DNA of 64,000 nucleotides from Patescibacteria group bacterium (lineage in GTDB: Bacteria; Patescibacteriota; Minisyncoccia; Phycocordibacterales; SBAW01). Where the stretch lies: positions 6,120 to 70,119 of the forward strand of contig JAIEMM010000006.1 of NCBI GenBank assembly GCA_019752125.1. Reading direction: 5' to 3'. How positions within the stretch are numbered: the stretch's first letter is position 1; each line of letters opens with the position of its first letter. The notes under the pieces are model-generated. The model did not search any database. It saw only the letters and a program-made list of their open reading frames with translations, and was not told where the DNA came from. This document shows positions 44,717 to 56,538 of the stretch, one piece after another. The translations under genes and the position numbers were made by a program.

Positions 44717-44744
44717 AGACCGCCTGATGAGGGTGGTCTTTTTA
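44717..44744. terminator. bidirectional rho-independent terminator (agaccgcc-tgatgag-ggtggtct + TTTTT)
   Basis: 8-bp stem (one G·U) followed by a T-run, directly after rpsT. The stop of the convergent minus-strand ORF lies in the T-tract. Confidence 0.6.
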
Positions 44745-45116
44745 CTTCTTTACTGGGAAGAATACAATGGGCGGCGCCCAAAAAAACAAGAAGTGCACCT
44801 TCCCTGAAAGAACCTCTCCATGGCGGCGCACGACAAGCCGGTAGGTTGTGTCGTCGTCCGGGTCTGTATAGTAGATGGTGATTGTTCCATCGGGCTGCAA
44901 TGTGGCTTTCCCATTGGCCATCCGTCCTCGAGCTCCGATCTTGTAGCTGCAGTCGGCAGCCATCTCTAGGTCGATCACCACATCGTAGGGATTGTTCCAC
45001 CTCCCAACGATTCCAGAGCAGTCCTTGATAGGTGCGGCTGGTACTACAGCTTTCTGTGCGTGGGCGGTGGTTACAGAGACGAGGAACGCGAATAGCGCCA
45101 GTACATAAGTACGCAT
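44742..45116 (-). CDS. small secreted hypothetical protein
   Basis: Signal peptide (MRTYVLALFAFLVSVTTAHAQ) and two Cys pairs. 124 aa. Confidence 0.5.
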   Translation of the reverse strand: MRTYVLALFAFLVSVTTAHAQKAVVPAAPIKDCSGIVGRWNNPYDVVIDLEMAADCSYKIGARGRMANGKATLQPDGTITIYYTDPDDDTTYRLVVRRHGEVLSGKVHFLFFWAPPIVFFPVKK

Positions 45117-45205
45117 CAGGTCACTCCATGTAAAAGGGTTCAGCTAACAGTATTTAACCAGATAACCTTTACTAAAACTACTATTTACCGTAGTGTGTGT
45201 TAATC

Positions 45206-45277
45206 GCTCCCGTCGTTCAATGGATAGGACGCAAGCTTGCGGAGTTTGTAATGTAGGTTCGATTCCTACCGGGAGCA
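45206..45277 (+). tRNA. tRNA-Arg with apparent anticodon GCG (needs confirmation)
   Basis: Hand-folded cloverleaf: acceptor gctcccg/cgggagc, D-arm gttc-aatggata-ggac, anticodon stem caagc/gtttg with loop tTGCGga, T-arm gtagg-ttcgatt-cctac, discriminator A, no CCA. Confidence 0.65.
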
Positions 45278-45805
45278 CTAAAGTCCAAAAATTTCAGCTA
45301 GATGTTCGATCAAAAAAGGCTTCCTGTCTTCCTCTTCGGCTTCTTTCGCATATTTCAAACACAGCGCACGTACTTGTTCACCGTGGTCTGCACTGTCGAG
45401 CGGGATTATGATGCGCGGCATAAGGAGAGAGTGGGTGGTGAGATAGAGTCGTGGATTTTCTGGATCCGTAGCCTGCTTTCCGCTAGGTAGGTGTATCCAG
45501 AACGCATCCACCGACTTCCATGCATACATAGTGCCGTCGAGAGTCGCTCCACGAGAGTCGAGTTTTACTTGATGTTCTCGTGGTCCACGAATGTTGAGTA
45601 CGCCGATGGAAATACCACCGATGAGCAAAATAATGCCCAGCAATAGATTCCCAAAAAAGATGGATAGCGCAGCGCCAACCACAGTTACGAGGCCGAGCGT
45701 CCAGTACCAGTCGGGTGAATGATCTTTATGTTCGTGCGTAAGCACGTGCCAAACTATTTCTTCCTGCCCAGGCATGTGTAAAGTATACACCTGGCCGTGC
45801 GGCAA
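45278..45805 (-). CDS. hypothetical membrane protein (two TM helices)
   Basis: 175 aa with a central hydrophobic pair (WYWTLGLVTVVGAALSIFFGNLLLGIILLIGGISIGVL). Confidence 0.45.
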   Translation of the reverse strand: MPHGQVYTLHMPGQEEIVWHVLTHEHKDHSPDWYWTLGLVTVVGAALSIFFGNLLLGIILLIGGISIGVLNIRGPREHQVKLDSRGATLDGTMYAWKSVDAFWIHLPSGKQATDPENPRLYLTTHSLLMPRIIIPLDSADHGEQVRALCLKYAKEAEEEDRKPFLIEHLAEIFGL

Positions 45806-45862
45806 GCTTCACTTCATAAAATCTTTGTAATCGCTGTACTACTATGAACGTCTTCACATACT

Positions 45863-46540
45863 ATGCACTTACTTATTGTTGAGGACGAAGAAAAGTTGGC
45901 GAAAGCGCTAAAGAAAGGTCTTGAAATGCGCGGCTACGCCGTGGACTGGCTTCCTGATGCTGAGAAAGCACGTTCTCGTATCATTATGTATCGCAATGAA
46001 TACGATCTTGTGTTGATGGACTTAATGATGCCAGGCCTCGACGGCGCGGCATTGACCCAAGCAGTGCGTGCAGAGGGGGTTACAACCCCCATCATTATCC
46101 TGACCGCAAAAAATGAGACAGAACATAAAGTAGATTTGCTCAACAAAGGGGCAGACGACTATATCGTTAAACCATTTTCATTTGAAGAATTAATTGCCCG
46201 CATTAACTCCGTGCTGCGCCGCCCTACAGAATCGAAGGCAGTTGTTATGAAAGTAGGTCCTATCGAGATGGATGCCGCTACGCGCACAGTGAAGGTTGAT
46301 GAAAAAGAAGTTAATCTAACTCTGAAAGAATTCTCACTGCTGGAATGTTTTATGCGCGAACCAAACATCGTGCTTACGCGCGAAAAACTCTTCGACCACG
46401 TGTGGGACTTTAACTTGCTGTCGTGGAGCAATGTACTGGATGTGCATATGAAAAATCTCCGCAAGAAACTCGCAACAAAAAAGAAAGATACGTACTTCGA
46501 AACCGTCCGCGGGGTGGGGTACAAACTGGTGGCGGGGTAA
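45863..46540 (+). CDS. OmpR-family response regulator (receiver + winged-helix DNA-binding domain)
   Basis: Receiver Asp pocket (LLIVEDE…DLVLMDLMMPGLDG…ILTAK) and C-terminal trans_reg_C domain (…VGYKLV). No histidine kinase is adjacent in this window. Confidence 0.85.
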   Translation: MHLLIVEDEEKLAKALKKGLEMRGYAVDWLPDAEKARSRIIMYRNEYDLVLMDLMMPGLDGAALTQAVRAEGVTTPIIILTAKNETEHKVDLLNKGADDYIVKPFSFEELIARINSVLRRPTESKAVVMKVGPIEMDAATRTVKVDEKEVNLTLKEFSLLECFMREPNIVLTREKLFDHVWDFNLLSWSNVLDVHMKNLRKKLATKKKDTYFETVRGVGYKLVAG

Positions 46541-46563
46541 CCCCAGTACTAGTAAAGAAAAAC

Positions 46564-46582
46564 GCCGACTTTTTCAGTCGGC
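46564..46582. terminator. hairpin (gccgact-ttttc-agtcggc) acting as terminator for the minus-strand gene and after the response regulator
   Basis: 7-bp perfect stem. On the minus strand it is followed by GTTTTTCTTT. Confidence 0.5.
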
Positions 46583-47428
46583 GGCTGTCCGTTGAGGGAC
46601 GTTTTGTACTTCTGCTTCAGGTTCTTCCGGCGGCCAGTGCTCCGAAGGTGGAAGCTCTACCTTGTAATGCTTACAGAGCGTCCTAAGCTCCACAAGTTGC
46701 CTCTTTTCCAGCTCGCCGGCCTGCTTGCTACTCCTAGTGACTCCGTATCTGAGAACGGATGACAGCTTACGGTTTGCGTATAGGCAGCTCGTGTGATGGA
46801 AATTAATGAGCTTAGCGATAGTCGGCAAGTTGCAGCCTGTGTTACGCAACACGAAGTAGATGATCACTTGCCGAGGTCCTGAGATCCTCGACATGCGTTG
46901 GTTGCTAAGAAGGTCCTCCATTTTTAGACCTAGGAGGGAGGCGGAAGCTTCCACGATGTGCTGAGGGTTCAAGTGTGCGAGCGGAGGGTTGCCCGTTATG
47001 TTCGCCTCTGTCGTGGACGACAGTGTCCCAGGGATAGGGAACCTTGTCTGGATAGCCGAGTGGTTCCACTGTGATGGCTTGGGGGCACTCCTAACACCAT
47101 CGAGTGCGAGTGGGCGCAGTGGGAGAGTACTTTGTCCGACCTTCGCTTTCCCTTGCGACTCCTTCCGCTTCTTCTCGTCTTCAGCTTTCTTTGCCGCCAA
47201 TATGTTCGGGTTAACGTATGAACCTCCGACATACGGCGGCAACTCGGTTGTCCCTCGTGGGAACATTTCCTTGAGTCGATCCGTGCCTGTCATCTCCTTC
47301 TTCGGTTGGGCCTGAGGAGCGGGAGTGGTCGTAGTGCCGTTATCTACCGTTGAGGTCATTTCTGCTCTCCACGTTGCTGTGTTTGGTACCAACTGCCCAC
47401 ACAATACTGTTGCGCCCCAATTTTGCAA
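46574..47428 (-). CDS. orphan protein with DnaA C-terminal-like helix-turn-helix domain
   Basis: The C-terminal ~70 aa (…MSRISGPRQVIIYFVLRNTGCNLPTIAKLINFHHTSCLYANRKL…) parallel the DnaA domain IV in this window (VVRPRQVIMFLLRE…TIGEKLGGRDHTTVIHSCEKI). The N-terminal 200 aa are hydrophilic and low-complexity. There is no AAA+ domain. Confidence 0.55.
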   Translation of the reverse strand: MQNWGATVLCGQLVPNTATWRAEMTSTVDNGTTTTPAPQAQPKKEMTGTDRLKEMFPRGTTELPPYVGGSYVNPNILAAKKAEDEKKRKESQGKAKVGQSTLPLRPLALDGVRSAPKPSQWNHSAIQTRFPIPGTLSSTTEANITGNPPLAHLNPQHIVEASASLLGLKMEDLLSNQRMSRISGPRQVIIYFVLRNTGCNLPTIAKLINFHHTSCLYANRKLSSVLRYGVTRSSKQAGELEKRQLVELRTLCKHYKVELPPSEHWPPEEPEAEVQNVPQRTAAD

Positions 47429-47534
47429 TAGGGGATTTGTCTTTTTATTTTTATAAATCTTGCGCTATTTTGGCTTTTTCGGTACCCTCACCGTGAACTA
47501 GGTCTTTTGCACAAACCGGAGAAAGGAACGCCCC

Positions 47535-48191
47535 GTGTCGAACAAATCGGTTGTCGTTTTGACTGGCAATACTGGCAAGAAATTCTTCTACGGCGAGACC
47601 GAACAGGCCGATGTTACGCCCTTCGTCGGTCAGGACAATATGGGCCAGTTCGGCATCGGCATCGCCGTAACTCGCCCCAATGGTACCAAGCAAGGTTGGA
47701 TATGGGGGCTTGTCATGCCGCGTCACTTAATCCAGTCTTGGCGGGCAATGAAATTGCTCGAAGAAATGCCGCGCATTAAACTCCCTGGCACACTAAGCCA
47801 CTGCTGGAGCTTGGCGAAGGAAAAATTACAGGGCTACGATTACAAATACCTCGATGAGGAAGGAGCTGTGTGGGGCAGCTACGAGAAATTCCGTGAAGCT
47901 CGCGCGAAAGTGCTCGCGATGTTTCCGACCGACGACGAACTCAAAGCGATGCTCGCCATCGTCAATGAGCAAGGGCTCAATATTCGCGTCGAAGAAATCG
48001 AAGAGCAACGGGAAAAACTTTCCTCGGCCGACGGAATCCTCAAACGGCTCATCGTCGCTGATGATGTTTGGCGCGAACGGGATCGACTCGAAGCCGAATC
48101 TCGTGCAAAACGTGAATCGGAGCGGGTCAAAGCTTCCGATCCGGCGAGCTTGCCCGGGCGCAAGGGATTCTTTCGCCAACTTTTTGGCTAA
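47535..48191 (+). CDS. hypothetical protein (GTG start, good RBS)
   Basis: 218-aa ORF with GGAGAAAGGAA 6 nt upstream of GTG. No recognisable motifs. Confidence 0.5.
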   Translation: MSNKSVVVLTGNTGKKFFYGETEQADVTPFVGQDNMGQFGIGIAVTRPNGTKQGWIWGLVMPRHLIQSWRAMKLLEEMPRIKLPGTLSHCWSLAKEKLQGYDYKYLDEEGAVWGSYEKFREARAKVLAMFPTDDELKAMLAIVNEQGLNIRVEEIEEQREKLSSADGILKRLIVADDVWRERDRLEAESRAKRESERVKASDPASLPGRKGFFRQLFG

Positions 48192-48304
48192 CTCTCCCGC
48201 GACTGTTCCATGCCGACCACTGCACAAGTGGTCGGCATTTTCCTTGGCTTCGAGGCCGAAAAAGTGTATTGTTTGCCTCATTGGAGACCCAGGTCCCCAT
48301 ATAC

Positions 48305-48389
48305 GGAGGAGTGGCAGAGTGGTCTATCGCACTTGTCTTGAAAACAAGAGTACCGCAAGGTACCGTGAGTTCGAATCTCACCTCCTCCG
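48305..48389 (+). tRNA. tRNA-Ser (anticodon TGA), long variable arm
   Basis: ggaggag acceptor, D-loop with GG, anticodon loop cTTGAAa, variable arm ~16 nt, T-arm gtgag-ttcgaat-ctcac, discriminator G. Confidence 0.85.
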
Positions 48390-48403
48390 CATCTGCAAAA
48401 CGA

Positions 48404-48427
48404 GTCGCCCACCAGGGCGGCTTTTTT
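48404..48427 (+). terminator. rho-independent terminator after tRNA-Ser (gtcgccc-acca-gggcggc + TTTTTT)
   Basis: 7-bp stem with a tetraloop, followed by six T. Confidence 0.6.
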
Positions 48428-48557
48428 GCTGACTGGGTTAGAGTGAGATTCGAACAGGGAAGGGGTCGGGAAACGGGAGTTTCCCGTGGCGGAATTATTC
48501 AAACCGAGGGGTTTGAAAGCGCAGGCTTTAGCCGAGCAGTGAGGTTCTCACCTCCTC

Positions 48558-48586
48558 CGCAAAAGTCTTCAGATCTGATAGTGTTG
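48558..48586 (+). repeat. degenerate direct repeat of tRNA-Ser 3' end (cagtgaggttctcacctcctccgca)
   Basis: Matches tRNA-Ser positions 48364-48389 (cgtgagttcgaatctcacctcctccgca) apart from a 5-nt deletion in the T-loop. A second weaker T-arm-like piece (gagtgagattcgaac) lies at 48437-48451. Confidence 0.45.
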
Positions 48587-48596
48587 TAAATATACT

Positions 48597-50099
48597 ATGA
48601 GTGAAGACCTAAAAGAACTCGAGCAGAAACTTTGGCAGTCGGCGGACAAGCTACGCAACAACATGAGTCCGAGTGAGTACAAGTTCGTTGTACTTGGACT
48701 TATTTTCCTTAAGTATATTTCTGATGCCTTCGACGAACGCTACGCAAAAGCCGAGGCAGAAAACTACGACCCTGAAGATAAGGACTGGTATTTAGCAGAG
48801 AATGTTTTTTGGGTGCCAAAGGAGGCTCGTTGGAAAACACTCCAAGACAAAGCCAAGCAGGCTGACATCGGCGTCGTGGTTGATGACGCGATGGATTCTA
48901 TAGAGCGTGAAAATCCGATACTTAAAGGGGTGCTTCCGAAAGACTTTGCGAAAGAAGCACTGGATAAGCGTCGCCTCGGTGAACTTATCGATATCTTCAG
49001 TTCGCTCTCAATGCACGACGGTAAACACAGTGGAAAGGACCTGCTCGGCCAAGTGTATGAATATTTCATTGGCATGTTTGCCGATGCAGAAGGGCAACGG
49101 GGCGGTGAGTTTTATACACCACAAAGTATCGTCAAACTTCTTGTTGAAATGCTTGAGCCATATAAGGGTCGTATTTATGACCCATGCTGTGGATCAGGCG
49201 GCATGTTTGTGCAGAGTGAGAAATTCGTCGAGGCACATAAAGGCCGCATCGGCGACATTGCGGTATATGGCCAAGAGTCCAATCAGACGACTTGGAAGCT
49301 CGCCAAAATGAACATGGCTATTCGCGGTATCGACGCTAAGATTGAGTTTGGTGACACTCTCCACAACGACAAACACAAAGACCTTAAAGCCGACTTCGTT
49401 ATAGCAAACCCTCCCTTCAACGTCTCTGACTGGGGTGGAGAACTGCTACAAGACGACGTTCGATGGAAGTTTGGTATTCCACCAAAAGGCAATGCAAACT
49501 TTGCTTGGATGCAACACTTTATCTACCACCTCTCACCTAAAGGTACTGCCGGTTTCGTACTTGCGAACGGAGCCATGTCGAGCCAGTCGAGCGGCGAGGG
49601 AGATATCCGCAAAGCAATAGTCAGAGCGGGTCTTGTCGACTGTATCATTTCGCTTCCAGGGCAACTTTTCTTTAACACAGGCATACCAGCGACTCTGTGG
49701 TTTATCTCTCGTGATCGTGCCAACCGTGGCGACAAAACGTTATTTATCGACGCACGCGAGATGGGCGAGATGATCAGTCGCCGCAACAAACAACTCACTG
49801 GTGCAGAAATCACGCGTATTACAGAAAAATACAGACAGTTTAAAAAACAAGACAATAGTTATGAGGATGTTGCCGGATTTGCAAAAGTAGCCTCTCTTGA
49901 GGAGATAGAGAAGAACGACTTCGTGCTGACCCCGGGTCGGTATGTCGGCGTTGCCGAGGTCGAAGAAGACGATGAAGTTTTTGAGGAAAAAATGCAGCGT
50001 CTCACCAAAGAGCTCGGCGAGCAGTTTGTTGAGAGCGCGAAGCTGGAGAAAGATATTAGAGCCAATTTAAAAAAGATTGGGTATGAGATAGCAGATTAG
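48597..50099 (+). CDS. hsdM: type I restriction–modification system methyltransferase subunit
   Basis: N6-adenine MTase motifs (…[15 protein letters not shown]…[12 protein letters not shown]…NPPFN). Confidence 0.9.
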   Translation: MSEDLKELEQKLWQSADKLRNNMSPSEYKFVVLGLIFLKYISDAFDERYAKAEAENYDPEDKDWYLAENVFWVPKEARWKTLQDKAKQADIGVVVDDAMDSIERENPILKGVLPKDFAKEALDKRRLGELIDIFSSLSMHDGKHSGKDLLGQVYEYFIGMFADAEGQRGGEFYTPQSIVKLLVEMLEPYKGRIYDPCCGSGGMFVQSEKFVEAHKGRIGDIAVYGQESNQTTWKLAKMNMAIRGIDAKIEFGDTLHNDKHKDLKADFVIANPPFNVSDWGGELLQDDVRWKFGIPPKGNANFAWMQHFIYHLSPKGTAGFVLANGAMSSQSSGEGDIRKAIVRAGLVDCIISLPGQLFFNTGIPATLWFISRDRANRGDKTLFIDAREMGEMISRRNKQLTGAEITRITEKYRQFKKQDNSYEDVAGFAKVASLEEIEKNDFVLTPGRYVGVAEVEEDDEVFEEKMQRLTKELGEQFVESAKLEKDIRANLKKIGYEIAD

Positions 50100-50100
50100 T

Positions 50101-51264
50101 TTGCCCATGAGTGTTGATAAAAAGACGAAAACAGTTAGATTGGGAGATATTGCCGAGGTAATCCCTGGGTACGCTTTTAAGAGTACAGATTTTGTCGAAA
50201 CTAAAGGAGTTCCAGTAATTAAGATAAAAAACATTACCAATGATTACCGGGTTTCAATAGACGATGTAATTTACATTCCAGAATCCTTGCTTACCAAAAA
50301 ACTTGAAAAGTTTATTGTGATTAAAGATGATTTTTTGGTTGCAATGACTGGCGCTACAGCGGGAAAGATGGGAAGGGTATTTCCTAAGACCAAAGCTGTG
50401 TTAAACCAGCGTGTTGCTAAAATTCAACCAAAAAATATCGATAAGGAGTATCTATGGTCTTTGTTGGCGCGTGAAGATTTTACTCAAAAACTATACAAGT
50501 TAGCCGATGGCGCGGCTCAACCAAATATGAGTGGTTCTCAGATAGAGAACGTGCTGCTTGAAATTTTACCACCAGAAACTCAAGCTAAGATTGGAGCAAT
50601 TCTTTCTTCCCTAAATCAAAAAATCGAGCTCAATCGGAAAATGAACAAAACCCTGGAGGAAATGGGTCAGGCGCTTTTTAAGCATTACTTTATAGACAAT
50701 CCAGATGCGAAAGGATGGGAAAAGAAATCGATTAAAGAGTTCGCGACAATTCAATATGGATATGCTTTTAAATCAAATTTATTTAATGAAAACGCAGAAG
50801 GGCAAAAGATAATACGAATCAGAAATATAAGGGATGGAGATTCAGGGTCTTATACGACTGAGCAAGCTGACTCGAGTTACTTAGTCAAAAATGGAGACGT
50901 ACTTGTTGGAATGGACGGAGACTTTCATATCAATTATTGGGGAGGTGGAGATGCATATCTAGTGCAACGCGTAGCACGATTCAGGGCAAAAGAAAGCTAC
51001 TCAAATGTTTTTGTAAAAAACATTCTAATGGATCCAATTGCTATTTTTGATAAGCGTGAGGCAAGAACCACTGTTGCACACTTGAGTGCGAAAGAGATAA
51101 ATGAGATATCTTTACCTTTTGACGTGGGTGTATACGATAATTTGTCCGGTAGCTTCGAGTATATCTTTAAGAACCATTTTCTTTTGAATAGAGAAATACG
51201 TATTTTAACGAATATGCGAGATTCGCTTCTTCCGCGTTTAATGTCTGGAAAAATTCAGGTATGA
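50101..51264 (+). CDS. hsdS: type I restriction–modification system specificity subunit
   Basis: Two target-recognition-domain halves separated by the conserved central repeat (…LPPETQAKIGAILSSLNQKIELNRKMNKTLEEMGQALFK…), with the motif repeated at the C-terminus (…LLPRLMSGKI). Confidence 0.85.
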   Translation: MPMSVDKKTKTVRLGDIAEVIPGYAFKSTDFVETKGVPVIKIKNITNDYRVSIDDVIYIPESLLTKKLEKFIVIKDDFLVAMTGATAGKMGRVFPKTKAVLNQRVAKIQPKNIDKEYLWSLLAREDFTQKLYKLADGAAQPNMSGSQIENVLLEILPPETQAKIGAILSSLNQKIELNRKMNKTLEEMGQALFKHYFIDNPDAKGWEKKSIKEFATIQYGYAFKSNLFNENAEGQKIIRIRNIRDGDSGSYTTEQADSSYLVKNGDVLVGMDGDFHINYWGGGDAYLVQRVARFRAKESYSNVFVKNILMDPIAIFDKREARTTVAHLSAKEINEISLPFDVGVYDNLSGSFEYIFKNHFLLNREIRILTNMRDSLLPRLMSGKIQV

Positions 51265-52277
51265 GAAATAACATTAAAGTTATTTTTGATACAAATTTGT
51301 TACGATCTGAACCCGAGCGAGCAGTCTTCTTCGGCTTCCGCTCAGATCTAGAGAAGTTTGCGGCAATTGCTGAAATAGTTGTTCCCGACATGGTTATCGA
51401 TGAGATAAAATGTCAGAAGCGAGAACATTTTACTAGTAAAAGAGACGCGTTTGCTAGTAACCCATTTCACGATATTTTTTCACTTGATAAATCGAGTACA
51501 AAATTTTTTGACGTGCATACACATGTTAATGGTATATATGCTCAGGAACCAATTTCTCATTCTGTTATATATCTAACAAAGCCTGATGCGCTCGAAAGAA
51601 TTAAAGAGCTTTGCAATAAACGCTTACCACCATTCGAAAGCGGAGGGGATAAGGGTTTTAAAGATGCTTATATTTATTTGACTGTTCTTGAATATTTGGA
51701 AGGAATTACGGATGAACAAGTATTTTTTGTTTCAGGCGATGGGAAGCTCAAGGAAGCTATTAAACAGCTTAAGGGCATCATAATTGTTTCTAATTTTGAA
51801 GAGTTTGAAGAATTTAATATCTCAGTATTTAAAGAGGAATATTTCATAAATAAATTAAAAGAAGAAATTTCTGACCAGATCACTCCCGAAAGTATAGTCG
51901 ATGTTTCTTCAAATATAGATGGGAATTGGATACTTAAGATTGACGGTGTGGAATATGTTGATCGAATACTCGTTGATTTTAAATCTAGAGAAATTCTGGA
52001 CCCTCGAGGTGATTTTGATCCATTTCTGAATCGACTAATTAATGCCGGAAGTTTTCAAACAGTTCACGAGATGATTGGAGAATTAACCCATTATAGAGGT
52101 TTTTTCTCAGATAAAGAGGTTTTGAAGTTATTAAGTTCAGCGATAACTAATGATCAGATCTATCAAATTGCCCAAGATGAAGATGTTCGTGCATTTTTTC
52201 TAGATCTGTATAGTATCAAGAAACAACTCTTGAACACCGAAGAACAAGAAGAATTTGAAGCTTATTTTCTAAAGTAA
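51261..52277 (+). CDS. PIN-like domain protein embedded between hsdS and hsdR (AT-rich)
   Basis: N-terminal (KVIFDTNLL) is the hallmark first strand and Asp of PIN nucleases. Further acidic positions follow (MVIDEIK, GGDKGFKDAYIY, FFVSGDGK). About 35% GC against about 50% in hsdR. The start ATG overlaps the hsdS stop (ATGA), and hsdR starts 4 nt after its stop. Confidence 0.5.
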   Translation: MRNNIKVIFDTNLLRSEPERAVFFGFRSDLEKFAAIAEIVVPDMVIDEIKCQKREHFTSKRDAFASNPFHDIFSLDKSSTKFFDVHTHVNGIYAQEPISHSVIYLTKPDALERIKELCNKRLPPFESGGDKGFKDAYIYLTVLEYLEGITDEQVFFVSGDGKLKEAIKQLKGIIIVSNFEEFEEFNISVFKEEYFINKLKEEISDQITPESIVDVSSNIDGNWILKIDGVEYVDRILVDFKSREILDPRGDFDPFLNRLINAGSFQTVHEMIGELTHYRGFFSDKEVLKLLSSAITNDQIYQIAQDEDVRAFFLDLYSIKKQLLNTEEQEEFEAYFLK

Positions 52278-52280
52278 CAT

Positions 52281-55379
<3,099 letters not shown>

Positions 55380-55462
55380 GAGTAATACATAGGTCGCTTT
55401 GCGGACCCGGTTAATTCTTAAAGTTCTGTTTTCTTTTTATATAGATACGCTATATTCAACAT

Positions 55463-55900
55463 ATGAAATATTTGGGCATTGATTATGGAACCAGACGCAT
55501 AGGCGTGGCGGTGTCGGACGAAAGCGCGACGCTGGCTTTTCCTTTGGGTGTAGTAGCCGCTGGCACAACCGCCCTTAAAGAGGTGTGTGATATCGCGAAA
55601 GAGAACGCGGTTGTTGGGGTGGTGATGGGGGAGTCGAAGAATTATGGCGGTGAGGCGAACCCTGTTATGAAAGAAGTTGAGAAATTTAAAGAAGCTCTTG
55701 AAGCAGAAGGTTTGAATGTAATGTACGAACCGGAGTTTATGAGCAGTATGGCTGCGGCGCGACAATTTGCTCCATCGGAAAGCAGGGAAGATGGTCGTAA
55801 GAAGAATCCGAACCAGGAACTTTTGGACGCATCGGCTGCGGCGCTTATTTTGCAGAACTTTTTGGATCGGAACAGAAAGCGGGAGTTTGAAGTTGAATAA
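55463..55900 (+). CDS. ruvX: Holliday-junction resolvase-like nuclease YqgF/RuvX
   Basis: [20 protein letters not shown]-terminus, which is the RNase H-fold YqgF signature. Confidence 0.85.
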   Translation: MKYLGIDYGTRRIGVAVSDESATLAFPLGVVAAGTTALKEVCDIAKENAVVGVVMGESKNYGGEANPVMKEVEKFKEALEAEGLNVMYEPEFMSSMAAARQFAPSESREDGRKKNPNQELLDASAAALILQNFLDRNRKREFEVE

Positions 55901-55901
55901 G

Positions 55902-56528
55902 ATGAACGACGATTTAAAAAATACATACAACAAAATTGCTGAAGATTGGTTTTCAGACCACAACAGCGATACGTGGTGGATTGAGGGAACGGACCACCTG
56001 GCTTCTCTTTTGCCGCAAGGCGCGTCAGTTCTTGATATTGGCTGCGGCGCAGGACATAAATCAAAATATCTTTCTGAGAAAGGATTCAAAGTTACAGGAG
56101 GCGACTTCTCAGAAGAGATGGTCAAGATCGCGAAGAGGGAAGTTCCAGGCGTTAATTTCCAGGTTTTGGATTTGTATAATCTCGCGGTTCTTAGCGAGAA
56201 GAATGAAAAGTTTGATTGCGTATTTGCGCAGGCAGTACTTCTGCATATTCCAAAGAGTGATGTTCAGCAAATTATCTCCAATATGGGGAGTCTCTTGAAT
56301 CAAAACGGACTGCTCTATGTTGCAGTAAAAGAAATATGGGATGGCAATACGGACGAGGAGACTTTGACTGAGAATGATTACGGTTATGAGTACAAACGAT
56401 TTTTCAGTTATTACACAACGGAAGAACTCGAAGGCTATTTTAAGAATGCAGGACTAGAGGTGGTATATAAAAACGTAAATAAGGTAGGCAGAACCAACTG
56501 GATACAAATTATTGGAAAGAAAGTGTAG
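55902..56528 (+). CDS. class I SAM-dependent methyltransferase
   Basis: Start at the internal Met of ORF 55767..56528, immediately after the ruvX stop. Motif I ([15 protein letters not shown]) and post-I acidic residue. Confidence 0.75.
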   Translation: MNDDLKNTYNKIAEDWFSDHNSDTWWIEGTDHLASLLPQGASVLDIGCGAGHKSKYLSEKGFKVTGGDFSEEMVKIAKREVPGVNFQVLDLYNLAVLSEKNEKFDCVFAQAVLLHIPKSDVQQIISNMGSLLNQNGLLYVAVKEIWDGNTDEETLTENDYGYEYKRFFSYYTTEELEGYFKNAGLEVVYKNVNKVGRTNWIQIIGKKV

Positions 56529-56538
56529 ACTTCGATAT

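Noticed and set aside
43807-45000. 397-aa minus-strand ORF
   Set aside because: Only the C-terminal 195 aa, from MIGKLTGRL, are RuvA-like. The N-terminal 200 aa are antisense to rpsT and its terminator and are low-complexity R/A/L-rich. The CDS was trimmed to 43807..44394.
45193-45411. 72-aa + strand ORF
   Set aside because: It overlaps the tRNA-Arg gene at 45206-45277 and the start of the convergent membrane protein gene, with no RBS.
48269-48589. 106-aa + strand ORF
   Set aside because: It reads straight through tRNA-Ser (48305-48389), its terminator and the tRNA 3'-end repeat, so it is an artefact.
55418-56125. 235-aa minus-strand ORF
   Set aside because: It is antisense to ruvX and the SAM methyltransferase, has no motifs and has implausible composition.
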